Source of the DNA: Nemertoderma westbladi | Taxonomy: Eukaryota > Animalia > Xenacoelomorpha | DNA: 64,000 nucleotides | Assembly: GCA_032718475.1 (NCBI GenBank) | Contig: JAUCBJ010005092.1 | Coordinates: forward strand, 31,315-95,314 | Direction: 5' to 3' | In this document: positions 39,901 through 54,900 of the stretch, piece after piece | How positions within the stretch are numbered: position 1 is the stretch's first letter | Layout: each line of letters starts with the position of its first letter | Program-made: the position numbers and the translations under genes | The notes under the pieces: generated by a model | Database searches by the model: none | Told to the model about the DNA's origin: nothing | What the model saw: only the letters and a program-made list of their open reading frames with translations

Positions 39901-42900
39901 GCAGAAGTCTTCTACATGAGCTGAGCAACCAGAGGCCATACACTAATGGTAACAGAAGTCTTCTACATGAGCTGAGCAACCAGTGGCCATACACTAATGG
40001 TATCAGAAGTCTTCTATATGAGCTGAGCAACCAGTGGCCATACACTAATGGTAGCAGAAGTCTTCTACATGAGCTGAGCAACCAGAGGCCATACACTAAT
40101 GGTAGCAGAAGTCTTCTACATGAGCTGAGCAACCAGAGGCCATACACTAATGGTAGCAGAAGTCTTCTACATGAGCTGAGCAACCAGAGGCCATACACTA
40201 ATGGTAGCAGTAGTCTTCTACATGAGCTGAGCAACCAGAGGCCATACACTAATGGTAACAGAAGTCTTCTACATGAGCTGAGCAACCCGAGGCCATACAC
40301 TAATGGTAGCAGAAGTCTTCTACATGAGCTGAGCAACCAGAGGCCATACACTAATGGTATCAGAAGTCTTCTACATGAGCTGAGCAACCAGAGGCCATAC
40401 ACTAATGGTATCAGAAGTCTTCTATATGAGCTGAGCAACCAGTGGCCATACACTAATGGTAGCAGAAGTCTTCTACATGAGCTGAGCAACCAGAGGCCAT
40501 ACACTAATGGTATCAGAAGTCTTCTACATGAGCTGAGCAACCAGAGGCCATACACTAATGGTAGCAGAAGTCTTCTACATGAGCTGAGCAACCAGAGGCC
40601 ATACACTAATGGTAGCAGAAGTCTTCTACATGAGCTGAGCAACCCGAGGCCATACACTAATGGTAACAGAAGTCTTCTACATGAGCTGAGCAACCAGAAG
40701 CCATACACTAATGGTAGCAGAAGTCTTCTACATGAGCTGAGCAACCAGTGGCCATACACTAATGGTATCAGAAGTCTTCTATATGAGCTGAGCAACCAGT
40801 GGCCATACACTAATGGTAACAGAAGTCTTCTACATGAGCTGAGCAACCAGAAGCCATACACTAATGGTAGCAGAAGTCTTCTACATGAGCTGAGCAACCA
40901 GAAGCCATACACTAATGGTAGCAGAAGTCTTCTACATGAGCTGAGCAACCAGAGGCCATACACTAATGGTAACAGAAGTCTTCTACATGAGCTGAGCAAC
41001 CAGAGGCCATACACTAATGGTAGCAGAAGTCTTCTACATGAGCTGAGCAACCAGAGGCCATACACTAATGGTAGCAGAAGTCTTCTACATGAGCTGAGCA
41101 ACCAGAGGCCATACACTAATGGTAGCAGAAGTCTTCTACATGAGCTGAGCAACCAGAGGCCATACACTAATGGTAGCAGAAGTCTTCTACATGAGCTGAG
41201 CAACCAGAGGCCATACACTAATGGTAGCAGAAGTCTTCTACATGAGCTGAGCAACCAGAGGCCATACACTAATGGTAGCAGAAGTCTTCTACATGAGCTG
41301 AGCAACCAGTGGCCATACACTAATGGTAGCAGAAGTCTTCTACATGAGCTGAGCAACCCGAGGCCATACACTAATGGTATCAGAAGTCTTCTATATGAGC
41401 TGAGCAACCAGAGGCCATACACTAATGGTAGCAGAAGTCTTCTACATGAGCTGAGCAACCAGAGGCCATACACTAATGGTAGCAGAAGTCTTCTACATGA
41501 GCTGAGCAACCCGAGGCCATACACTAATGGTAGCAGAAGTCTTCTACATGAGCTGAGCAACCAGAGGCCATACACTAATGGTAACAGAAGTCTTCTACAT
41601 GAGCTGAGCAACCAGAGGCCATACACTAATGGTAGCAGAAGTCTTCTACATGAGCTGAGCAACCAGAGGCCATACACTAATGGTAGCAGAAGTCTTCTAC
41701 ATGAGCTGAGCAACCCGAGGCCATACACTAATGGTAGCAGAAGTCTTCTACATGAGCTGAGCAACCAGAGGCCATACACTAATGGTATCAGAAGTCTTCT
41801 ACATGAGCTGAGCAACCCGAGGCCATACACTAATGGTAGCAGAAGTCTTCTACATGAGCTGAGCAACCAGAGGCCATACACTAATGGTAACAGAAGTCTT
41901 CTACATGAGCTGAGCAACCAGAGGCCATACACTAATGGTAGCAGAAGTCTTCTACATGAGCTGAGCAACCAGAGGCCATACACTAATGGTAGCAGAAGTC
42001 TTCTACATGAGCTGAGCAACCAGAGGCCATACACTAATGGTAACAGAAGTCTTCTACATGAGCTGAGCAACCAGAGGCCATACACTAATGGTAGCAGAAG
42101 TCTTCTACATGAGCTGAGCAACCCGAGGCCATACACTAATGGTAGCAGAAGTCTTCTACATGAGCTGAGCAACCCGAGGCCATACACTAATGGTAGCAGA
42201 AGTCTTCTACATGAGCTGAGCAACCAGAGGCCATACACTAATGGTAGCAGAAGTCTTCTACATGAGCTGAGCAACCAGAGGCCATACACTAATGGTAGCA
42301 GAAGTCTTCTACATGAGCTGAGCAACCAGAGGCCATACACTAATGGTAGCAGAAGTCTTCTACATGAGCTGAGCAACCCGAGGCCATACACTAATGGTAG
42401 CAGAAGTCTTCTACATGAGCTGAGCAACCCGAGGCCATACACTAATGGTAGCAGAAGTCTTCTACATGAGCTGAGCAACCAGAGGCCATACACTAATGGT
42501 ATCAGAAGTCTTCTACATGAGCTGAGCAACCAGAGGCCATACACTAATGGTAGCAGAAGTCTTCTACATGAGCTGAGCAACCCGAGGCCATACACTAATG
42601 GTAGCAGAAGTCTTCTACATGAGCTGAGCAACCCGAGGCCATACACTAATGGTAGCAGAAGTCTTCTACATGAGCTGAGCAACCAGAGGCCATACACTAA
42701 TGGTAGCAGTAGTCTTCTACATGAGCTGAGCAACCAGAGGCCATACACTAATGGTAGCAGAAGTCTTCTACATGAGCTGAGCAACCAGAGGCCATACACT
42801 AATGGTATCAGAAGTCTTCTACATGAGCTGAGCAACCCGAGGCCATACACTAATGGTAACAGAAGTCTTCTATATGAGCTGAGCAACCAGAGGCCATACA

Positions 42901-45900
42901 CTAATGGTAGCAGAAGTCTTCTACATGAGCTGAGCAACCAGAGGCCATACACTAATGGTAGCAGAAGTCTTCTACATGAGCTGAGCAACCAGAGGCCATA
43001 CACTAATGGTAGCAGAAGTCTTCTACATGAGCTGAGCAACCAGAGGCCATACACTAATGGTAGCAGAAGTCTTCTACATGAGCTGAGCAACCAGAGGCCA
43101 TACACTAATGGTATCAGAAGTCTTCTACATGAGCTGAGCAACCCGAGGCCATACACTAATGGTAGCAGAAGTCTTCTACATGAGCTGAGCAACCAGAGGC
43201 CATACACTAATGGTATCAGAAGTCTTCTACATGAGCTGAGCAACCAGAGGCCATACACTAATGGTAGCAGAAGTCTTCTACATGAGCTGAGCAACCAGAG
43301 GCCATACACTAATGGTATCAGAAGTCTTCTACATGAGCTGAGCAACCAGAGGCCATACACTAATGGTATCAGAAGTCTTCTACATGAGCTGAGCAACCCG
43401 AGGCCATACACTAATGGTAGCATAAGTCTTCTATATGAGCTGAGCAACCAGAGGTCATACACTAATGGTAACAGAAGTCTTCTACATGAGCTGAGCAACC
43501 CGAGGCCATACACTAATGGTAGCAGAAGTCTTCTACATGAGCTGAGCAACCAGAGGCCATACACTAATGGTAGCAGAAGTCTTCTACATGAGCTGAGCAA
43601 CCCGAGGCCATACACTAATGGTAGCAGAAGTCTTCTACATGAGCTGAGCAACCAGAGGCCATACACTAATGGTAGCAGAAGTCTTCTACATGAGCTGAGC
43701 AACCCGAGGCCATACACTAATGGTAGCAGAAGTCTTCTATATGAGCTGAGCAACCAGTGGCCATACACTAATGGTAGCAGAAGTCTTCTACATGAGCTGA
43801 GCAACCAGAGGCCATACACTAATGGTAGCAGAAGTCTTCTACATGAGCTGAGTAACCAGAGGCCATACAATAATGGTAGCAGAAGTCTTCTACATGAGCT
43901 GAGCAACCCGAGGCCATACACTAATGGTAACAGAAGTCTTCTACATGAGCTGAGCAACCAGAGGCCATACACTAATGGTAGCAGAAGTCTTCTATATGAG
44001 CTGAGCAACCAGTGGCCATACACTAATGGTAGCAGAAGTCTTCTACATGAGCTGAGCAACCAGAGGCCATACACTAATGGTAGCAGAAGTCTTCTACATG
44101 AGCTGAGTAACCAGAGGCCATACACTAATGGTAGCAGAAGTCTTCTACATGAGCTGAGCAACCCGAGGCCATACACTAATGGTAGCAGAAGTCTTCTATA
44201 TGAGCCGAGCAACCAGTGGCCATACACTAATGGTAGCAGAAGTCTTCTACATGAGCTGAGCAACCAGAGGCCATACACTAATGGTAGCAGAAGTCTTCTA
44301 CATGAGCTGAGCAACCCGAGGCCATACACTAATGGTAGCAGAAGTCTTCTATATGAGCTGAGCAACCAGTGGCCATACACTAATGGTAGCAGAAGTCTTC
44401 TACATGAGCTGAGCAACCAGAGGCCATACACTAATGGTAGCAGAAGTCTTCTACATGAGCTGAGTAACCAGAGGCCATACAATAATGGTAGCAGAAGTCT
44501 TCTACATGAGCTGAGCAACCCGAGGCCATACACTAATGGTAACAGAAGTCTTCTACATGAGCTGAGCAACCAGAGGCCATACACTAATGGTAGCAGAAGT
44601 CTTCTATATGAGCTGAGCAACCAGTGGCCATACACTAATGGTAGCAGAAGTCTTCTACATGAGCTGAGCAACCAGAGGCCATACACTAATGGTAGCAGAA
44701 GTCTTCTACATGAGCTGAGTAACCAGAGGCCATACACTAATGGTAGCAGAAGTCTTCTACATGAGCTGAGCAACCCGAGGCCATACACTAATGGTAGCAG
44801 AAGTCTTCTACATGAGCTGAGCAACCAGTGGCCATACACTAATGGTAGCAGTAGTCTTCTACATCAGCTGAGCAACCAGAGGCCATACACTAATGGTAGC
44901 AGAAGTCTTCTACATGAGCTGAGCAACCAGAGGCCATACACTAATGGTAGCAGAAGTCTTCTACATGAGCTGAGCAACCAGAGGCCATACACTAATGGTA
45001 ACAGAAGTCTTCTACATGAGCTGAGCAACCAGTGGCCATACACTAATGGTATCAGAAGTCTTCTATATGAGCTGAGCAACCAGTGGCCATACACTAATGG
45101 TAGCAGAAGTCTTCTACATGAGCTGAGCAACCAGAGGCCATACACTAATGGTAGCAGAAGTCTTCTACATGAGCTGAGCAACCAGAGGCCATACACTAAT
45201 GGTATCAGAAGTCTTCTATATGAGCTGAGCAACCAGTGGCCATACACTAATGGTAGCAGAAGTCTTCTACATGAGCTGAGCAACCAGTGGCCATACACTA
45301 ATGGTAACAGAAGTCTTCTACATGAGCTGAGCAACCAGAAGCCATACACTAATGGTAGCAGAAGTCTTCTACATGAGCTGAGCAACCAGAGGCCATACAC
45401 TAATGGTAACAGAAGTCTTCTACATGAGCTGAGCAACCAGTGGCCATACACTAATGGTATCAGAAGTCTTCTATATGAGCTGAGCAACCAGAGGCCATAC
45501 ACTAATGGTAGCGGAAGTCTTCTATATGAGCTGAGCAACCCGAGGCCATACACTAATGGTAGCAGAAGTCTTCTACATGAGCTGAGCAACCAGTGGCCAT
45601 ACACTAATGGTATCAGAAGTCTTCTACATGAGCTGAGCAACCCGAGGCCATACACTAATGGTAGCAGAAGTCTTCTACATGAGCTGAGCAACCAGAGGCC
45701 ATACACTAATGGTAACAGAAGTCTTCTACATGAGCTGAGCAACCAGTGGCCATACACTAATGGTATCAGAAGTCTTCTACATGAGCTGAGCAACCAGAGG
45801 CCATACACTAATGGTAGCAGAAGTCTTCTACATGAGCTGAGCAACCAGTGGCCATACACTAATGGTATCAGAAGTCTTCTACATGAGCTGAGCAACCCGA

Positions 45901-48900
45901 GGCCATACACTAATGGTAGCAGAAGTCTTCTACATGAGCTGAGCAACCAGAGGCCATACACTAATGGTAACAGAAGTCTTCTACATGAGCTGAGCAACCA
46001 GAGGCCATACACTAATGGTAGCAGAAGTCTTCTACATGAGCTGAGCAACCAGTGGCCATACACTAATGGTATCAGAAGTCTTCTACATGAGCTGAGCAAC
46101 CCGAGGCCATACACTAATGGTAGCAGAAGTCTTCTACATGAGCTGAGCAACCAGAGGCCATACACTAATGGTAACAGAAGTCTTCTATATGAGCTGAGCA
46201 ACCAGAGGCCATACACTAATGGTATCAGAAGTCTTCTACATGAGCTGAGCAACCCGAGGCCATACACTAATGGTAGCAGAAGTCTTCTACATGAGCTGAG
46301 CAACCAGAGGCCATACACTAATGGTATCAGAAGTCTTCTACATGAGCTGAGCAACCAGAGGTCATACACTAATGGTAACAGAAGTCTTCTACATGAGCTG
46401 AGCAACCAGAGGTCATACACTAATGGTAGCAGAAGTCTTCTACATGAGCTGAGCAACCCGAGGCCATACACTAATGGTAACAGAAGTCTTCTACATGAGC
46501 TGAGCAACCAGAGGCCATACACTAATGGTAGCAGAAGTCTTCTACATGAGCTGAGCCACCCGATGCCATACACTAATGGTAGCAGTAGTCTTCTACATGA
46601 GTTGAGCAACCAGAGGCCATACACTAATGGTAGCAGAAGTCTTCTACATAAGCTGAGCAACCAGAGGCCATACACTAATGGTAACAGAAGTCTTCTACAT
46701 GAGCTGAGCAACCAGAAGCCATACACTAATGGTAGCAGAGGTCTTCTACAGGAGCTGAGCAACCCGAGGCCATACACTAATGGTAGCAGAAGTCTTCTAC
46801 ATGAGCTGAGCAACCAGAGGTCATACACTAATGGTAGCAGAAGTCTTCTACATGAGCTGAGCCACCCGATGCCATACACTAATGGTAGCAGTAGTCTTCT
46901 ACATGAGTTGAGCAACCAGAGGCCATACACTAATGGTAGCAGAAGTCTTCTACATAAGCTGAGCAACCAGAGGCCATACACTAATGGTAACAGAAGTCTT
47001 CTACATGAGCTGAGCAACCAGAGGTCATACACTAATGGTAACAGAAGTCTTCTACATGAGCTGAGCAACCAGAGGTCATACACTAATGGTAGCAGAAGTC
47101 TTCTACATGAGCTGAGCAACCCGAGGCCATACACTAATGGTAACAGAAGTCTTCTACATGAGCTGAGCAACCAGAGGCCATACACTAATGGTAGCAGAAG
47201 TCTTCTACATGAGCTGAGCCACCCGATGCCATACACTAATGGTAGCAGAAGTCTTCTACATGAGCTGAGCAACCCGAGGCCATACACTAATGGTAGCAGA
47301 AGTCTTCTACATGAGCTGAGCAACCCGAGGCCATACACTAATGGTAGCAGAAGTCTTCTACATGAGCTGAGCAACCCGAGGCCATACACTAATGGTAACA
47401 GAAGTCTTCTACATGAGCTGAGCAACCAGAGGCCATACACTAATGGTAGCAGAAGTCTTCTACATGAGCTGAGCAACCCGAGGCCATACACTAATGGTAA
47501 CAGAAGTCTTCTACATGAGCTGAGCAACCAGAGGCCATACACTAATGGTAGCAGAAGTCTTCTACATGAGCTGAGCCACCCGATGCCATACACTAATGGT
47601 AGCAGAAGTCTTCTACATGAGCTGAGCAACCCGAGGCCATACACTAATGGTAGCAGAAGTCTTCTACATGAGCTGAGCAACCCGAGGCCATACACTAATG
47701 GTAGCAGAAGTCTTCTATATGAGCTGAGCAACCAGTGGCCATACACTAATGGTAGCAGAAGTCTTCTACATGAGCTGAACAACCAGAGGCCATACACTAA
47801 TGGTAGCAGAAGTCTTCTACATGAGCTGAGTAACCAGAGGCCATACAATAATGGTAGCAGAAGTCTTCTACATGAGCTGAGCAACCCGAGGCCATACACT
47901 AATGGTAACAGAAGTCTTCTACATGAGCTGAGCAACCAGAGGCCATACACTAATGGTAGCAGAAGTCTTCTATATGAGCTGAGCAACCAGTGGCCATACA
48001 CTAATGGTAGCAGAAGTCTTCTACATGAGCTGAGCAACCAGAGGCCATACACTAATGGTAGCAGAAGTCTTCTACATGAGCTGAGTAACCAGAGGCCATA
48101 CAATAATGGTAGCAGAAGTCTTCTACATGAGCTGAGCAACCCGAGGCCATACACTAATGGTAACAGAAGTCTTCTACATGAGCTGAGTAACCAGAGGCCA
48201 TACAATAATGGTAGCAGAAGTCTTCTACATGAGCTGAGCAACCCGAGGCCATACACTAATGGTAGCAGAAGTCTTCTACATGAGCTGTGCAACCAGAGGC
48301 CATACACTAAGGGTAGTAGAAGTCTTCTACATGAGCTGAGCAACCAGAGGCCATACACTAATGGTAGCAGAAGTCTTCTACATGAGCTGAGCAACCAGAG
48401 GCCATACACTAATGGTAGCAGAAGTCTTCTACATGAGCTGAGCAACCCGAGGCCATACACTAATGGTAGCAGAAGTCTTCTATATGAGCTGAGCAACCAG
48501 AGGCCATACACTAATGGTAGCAGAAGTCTTCTACATGAGCTGAGCAACCCGAGGCCATACACTAATGGTAGCAGAAGTCTTCTATATGAGCTGAGCAACC
48601 AGAGGTCATACACTAATGGTAACAGAAGTCTTCTATATGAGCTGAGCAACCCGAGGCCATACACTAATGGTAGCAGAAGTCTTCTACATGAGCTGAGCAA
48701 CCAGAGGCCATACACTAATGGTAGCAGAAGTCTTCTACATGAGCTGAGCAACCAGAGGCCATACACTAATGGTAGCAGAAGTCTTCTACATGAGCTGAGC
48801 AACCAGAGGCCATACACTAATGGTAGCAGAAGTCTTCTACATGAGCTGAGCAACCAGAGGCCATACACTAATGGTAGCAGAAGTCTTCTACATGAGCTGA

Positions 48901-51900
48901 GCAACCAGAGGCCATACACTAATGGTAGCAGAAGTCTTCTACATGAGCTGAGCAACCAGAGGCCATACACTAATGGTAGCAGAAGTCTTCTACATGAGCT
49001 GAGCAACCAGAGGCCATACACTAATGGTAGCAGAAGTCTTCTACATGAGCTGAGCAACCAGAGGCCATACACTAATGGTAGCAGAAGTCTTCTATATGAG
49101 CTGAGCAACCAGAGGCCATACACTAATGGTAGCAGAAGTCTTCTACATGAGCTGAGCAACCAGAGGCCATACACTAATGGTAGCAGAAGTCTTCTACATG
49201 AGCTGAGCAACCAGAGGCCATACACTAATGGTAGCAGAAGTCTTCTACATGAGCTGAGCAACCAGAGGCCATACACTAATGGTAACAGAAGTCTTCTATA
49301 TGAGCTGAGCAACCAGAGGCCATACACTAATGGTAGCAGAAGTCTTCTACATGAGCTGAGCAACCAGAGGCCATACACTAATGGTAGCAGAAGTCTTCTA
49401 CATGAGCTGAGCAACCAGAGGCCATACACTAATGGTAGCAGAAGTCTTCTACATGAGCTGAGCAACCCGAGGCCATACACTAATGGTAGCAGAAGTCTTC
49501 TACATGAGCTGAGCAACCAGAGGCCATACACTAATGGTAACAGAAGTCTTCTATATGAGCTGAGCAACCAGAGGCCATACACTAATGGTAGCAGAAGTCT
49601 TCTATATGAGCTGAGCAACCAGAGGCCATACACTAATGGTAGCAGAAGTCTTCTACATGAGCTGAGCAACCCGAGGCCATACACTAATGGTAGCAGAAGT
49701 CTTCTACATGAGCTGAGCAACCCGAGGCCATACACTAATGGTAGCAGAAGTCTTCTACATGAGCTGAGCAACCAGAGGCCATACACTAATGGTAGCAGTA
49801 GTCTTCTACATGAGTTGAGCAACCAGAGGCCATACACTAATGGTAGCAGTAGTCTTCTACATGAGTTGAGCAACCAGAGGCCATACACTAATGGTAGCAG
49901 AAGTCTTCTACATGAGCTGAGTAACCAGAGGCCATACACTAATGGTAGCAGAAGTCTTCTACATGAGCTGAGCAACCAGAGGCCATACACTAATGGTAAC
50001 AGAAGTCTTCTATATGAGCTGAGCAACCAGAGGCCATACACTAATGGTAGCAGAAGTCTTCTACATGAGCTGAGCCACCCGATGCCATACACTAATGGTA
50101 GCAGAAGTCTTCTACATGAGCTGAGCAACCCGAGGCCATACACTAATGGTAGCAGAAGTCTTCTACATGAGCTGAGCAACCCGAGGCCATACACTAATGG
50201 TAGCAGAAGTCTTCTACATGAGCTGAGCAACCCGAGGCCATACACTAATGGTAGCAGAAGTCTTCTACATGAGCTGAGCAACCCGAGGCCATACACTAAT
50301 GGTAGCAGAAGTCTTCTATATGAGCTGAGCAACCAGTGGCCATACACTAATGGTAACAGAAGTCTTCTACATGAGCTGAGCAACCAGAGGCCATACACTA
50401 ATGGTAGCAGAAGTCTTCTACATGAGCTGAGCAACCCGAGGCCATACACTAATGGTAGCAGAAGTCTTCTATATGAGCTGAGCAACCAGAGGCCATACAC
50501 TAATGGTAGCAGAAGTCTTGTACATGAGCTGAGCAACCCGAGGCCATACACTAATGGTATCAGAAGTCTTCTATATGAGCTGAGCAACCAGAGGCCATAC
50601 ACTAATGGTAGCAGAAGTCTTGTACATGAGCTGAGCAACCCGAGGCCATACACTAATGGTAGCAGAAGTCTTCTACATGAGCTGAGCAACCAGAGGCCAT
50701 ACACTAATGGTAGCAGAAGTCTTCTACATGAGCTGAGCAACCAGTGGCCATACACTAATGGTAGCAGAAGTCTTCTACATGAGCTGAGCAACCCGAGGCC
50801 ATACACTAATGGTAGCAGAAGTCTTCTACATGAGCTGAGCAACCAGTGGCCATACACTAATGGTATCAGAAGTCTTCTATATGAGCTGAGCAACCAGAGG
50901 CCATACACTAATGGTAGCAGAAGTCTTGTACATGAGCTGAGCAACCCGAGGCCATACACTAATGGTAGCAGAAGTCTTCTACATGAGCTGAGCAACCAGA
51001 GGCCATACACTAATGGTAACAGAAGTCTTGTACATGAGCTGAGCAACCCGAGGCCATACACTAATGGTAGCAGAAGTCTTCTACATGAGCTGAGCAACCC
51101 GAGGCCATACACTAATGGTAGCAGAAGTCTTGTACATGAGCTGAGCAACCCGAGGCCATACACTAATGGTAGCAGAAGTCTTCTACATGAGCTGAGCAAC
51201 CCGAGGCCATACACTAATGGTAGCAGAAGTCTTCTACATGAGCTGAGCAACCAGTGGCCATACACTAATGGTATCAGAAGTCTTCTATATGAGCTGAGCA
51301 ACCAGAGGCCATACACTAATGGTAGCTGGTATCAGAAGTCTTCTATATGAGCTGAGCAACCAGAGGCCATACACTAATGGTAGCAGAAGTCTTGTACATG
51401 AGCTGAGCAACCCGAGGCCATACACTAATGGTAGCAGAAGTCTTCTATATGAGCTGAGCAACCAGAGGCCATACACTAATGGTAGCAGAAGTCTTGTACA
51501 TGAGCTGAGCAACCCGAGGCCATACACTAATGGTAGCAGAAGTCTTCTACATGAGCTGAGCAACCAGTGACCATACACTAATGGTATCAGAAGTATTCTA
51601 CATGAGCTGAGCAACCCGAGGCCATACACTAATGGTAACAGAAGTCTTCTACATGAGCTGAGCAACCAGAGGCCATACACTAATGGTAGCAGAAGTCTTC
51701 TACATGAGTTGAGCAACCAGAGGCCATACACTAATGGTATCAGAAGTCTTCTATATGAGCTGAGCAACCAGAGGCCATACACTAATGGTAACAGAAGTCT
51801 TCTACATGTGCTGAGCAACCAGAGGCCATACACTAATGGTAACAGAAGTCTTCTACATGAGCTGAGCAACCCGAGGCCATACACTAATGGTATCAGAAGT

Positions 51901-54900
51901 CTTCTACATGAGCTGAGCAACCCGAGGCCATACACTAATGGTATCAGAAGTCCTCTACATGAGCTGAGTAACCAGAGGCCATACACTAATGGTAGCAGAA
52001 GTCTTCTACATGAGCTGAGCAACCCGAGGCCATACACTAATGGTAGCAGAAGTCTTCTACATGAGCTGAGCAACCCGAGGCCATACACTAATGGTATCAG
52101 AAGTCTTCTACATGAGCTGAGCAACCCGAGGCCATACACTAATGGTATCAGAAGTCTTCTACATGAGCTGAGCAACCCGAGGCCATACACTAATGGTAGC
52201 AGAAGTCTTCTACATGAGCTGAGCAACCCGAGGCCATACACTAATGGTATCAGAAGTCTTCTACATGAGCTGAGCAACCCGAGGCCATACACTAATGGTA
52301 TCAGAAGTCTTCTACATGAGCTGAGCAACCCGAGGCCATACACTAATGGTATCAGAAGTCTTCTACATGAGCTGAGCAACCAGAGGCCATACACTAATGG
52401 TAGCAGAAGTCTTCTATATGAGCTGAGCAACCAGAGGCCATACACTAATGGTAGCAGAAGTCTTCTACATGAGCTGAGCAACCAGAGGCCATACACTAAT
52501 GGTAGCAGAAGTCTTCTACATGAGCTGAGCAACCAGAGGCCATACACTAATGGTAGCAGAAGTCTTCTACATGAGCTGAGCAACCAGTGACCATACACTA
52601 ATGGTATCAGAAGTCTTCTACATGAGCTGAGCAACCCGAGGCCATACACTAATGGTAACAGAAGTCTTCTACATGAGCTGAGCAACCAGAGGCCATACAC
52701 TAATGGTAGCAGAAGTCTTCTACATGAGCTGAGCAACCAGAGGCCATACACTAATGGTAACAGAAGTCTTCTATATGAGCTGAGCAACCAGAGGCCATAC
52801 ACTAATGGTAACAGAAGTCTTCTACATGAGCTGAGCAACCAGAGGCCATACACTAATGGTAACAGAAGTCTTCTACATGAGCTGAGCAACCCGAGGCCAT
52901 ACACTAATGGTATCAGAAGTCTTCTACATGAGCTGAGCAACCCGAGGCCATACACTAATGGTATCAGAAGTCCTCTACATGAGCTGAGTAACCAGAGGCC
53001 ATACACTAATGGTAGCAGAAGTCTTCTACATGAGCTGAGCAACCCGAGGCCATACACTAATGGTAGCAGAAGTCTTCTACATGAGCTGAGCAACCCGAGG
53101 CCATACACTAATGGTATCAGAAGTCTTCTACATGAGCTGAGCAACCCGAGGCCATACACTAATGGTATCAGAAGTCCTCTACATGAGCTGAGTAACCAGA
53201 GGCCATACACTAATGGTAGCAGAAGTCTTCTACATGAGCTGAGCAACCCGAGGCCATACACTAATGGTAGCAGAAGTCTTCTACATGAGCTGAGCAACCC
53301 GAGGCCATACACTAATGGTATCAGAAGTCTTCTACATGAGCTGAGCAACCCGAGGCCATACACTAATGGTAGCAGAAGTCTTGTACATGAGCTGAGCAAC
53401 CAGAGGCCATACACTAATGGTAGCAGAAGTCTTATACATGAGCTGAGCAACCCGAGGCCATACACTAATGGTAGCAGAAGTCTTCTACATGAGCTGAGCA
53501 ACCAGTGGCCATACACTAATGGTAGCAGAAGTCTTCTACATGAGCTGAGCAACCCGAGGCCATACTCTAATGGTAGCAGAAGTCTTCTACATGAGTTGAG
53601 CAACCAGAGGCCATACACTAATGGTAGCAGAAGTCTTCTACATGAGCTGAGCAACCCGAGGCCATACACTAATGGTAGCAGAAGTCTTCTATATGAGCTG
53701 AGCAACCAGAGGCCATACACTAATGGTAGCAGAAGTCTTCTACATGAGCTGAGCAACCAGAGGCCATACACTAATGGTAGCAGAAGTCTTCTACATGAGC
53801 TGAGCAACCAGAGGCCATACACTAATGGTAGCAGAAGTCTTCTACATGAGCTGAGCAACCCGAGGCCATACACTAATGGTAGCAGAAGTCTTCTATATGA
53901 GCTGAGCAACCAGAGGCCATACACTAATGGTAGCAGAAGTCTTCTACATGAGCTGAGCCTAATGGTAGCAGAAGTCTTCTATATGAGCTGAGCAACCAGA
54001 GGCCATACACTAATGGTAGCAGAAGTCTTCTACATGAGCTGAGCAACCAGAGGCCATACACTAATGGTAGCAGAAGTCTTCTACATGAGTTGAGCAACCA
54101 GAGGCCATACACTAATGGTAACAGAAGTCTTCTACATGAGTTGAGCAACCCGAGGCCATACACTAATGGTAGCAGAAGTCTTCTACATGAGCTGAGCAAC
54201 CAGAGGCCATACACTAATGGTAGCAGAAGTCTTCTACATGAGCTGAGCAACCAGAGGCCATACACTAATGGTAGCAGAAGTCTTCTACATGAGCTGAGCA
54301 ACCCGAGGCCATACACTAATGGTAGCAGAAGTCTTCTACATGAGCTGAGCAACCCGAGGCCATACACTAATGGTAGCAGAAGTCTTCTACATGAGCTGAG
54401 CAACCCGAGGCCATACACTAATGGTAGCAGAAGTCTTCTACATGAGCTGAGCAACCAGAGGCCATACACTAATGGTAGCAGAAGTCTTCTACATGAGCTG
54501 AGCAACCAGAGGCCATACACTAATGGTAGCAGAAGTCTTCTATATGAGCTGAGCAACCAGAGGCCATACACTAATGGTAGCAGTAGTCTTCTACATCAGC
54601 TGAGCAACCAGAGGCCATACACTAATGGTAGCAGAAGTCTTCTACATGAGCTGAGCAACCAGAGGCCATACACTAATGGTAGCAGAAGTCTTCTATATGA
54701 GCTGAGCAACCCGAGGCCATACACTAATGGTAGCAGTAGTCTTCTACATCAGCTGAGCAACCAGAGGCCATACACTAATGGTAGCAGAAGTCTTCTACAT
54801 GAGCTGAGCAACCAGAGGCCATACACTAATGGTAGCAGAAGTCTTCTACATGAGCTGAGCAACCCGAGGCCATACACTAATGGTAGCAGTAGTCTTCTAC

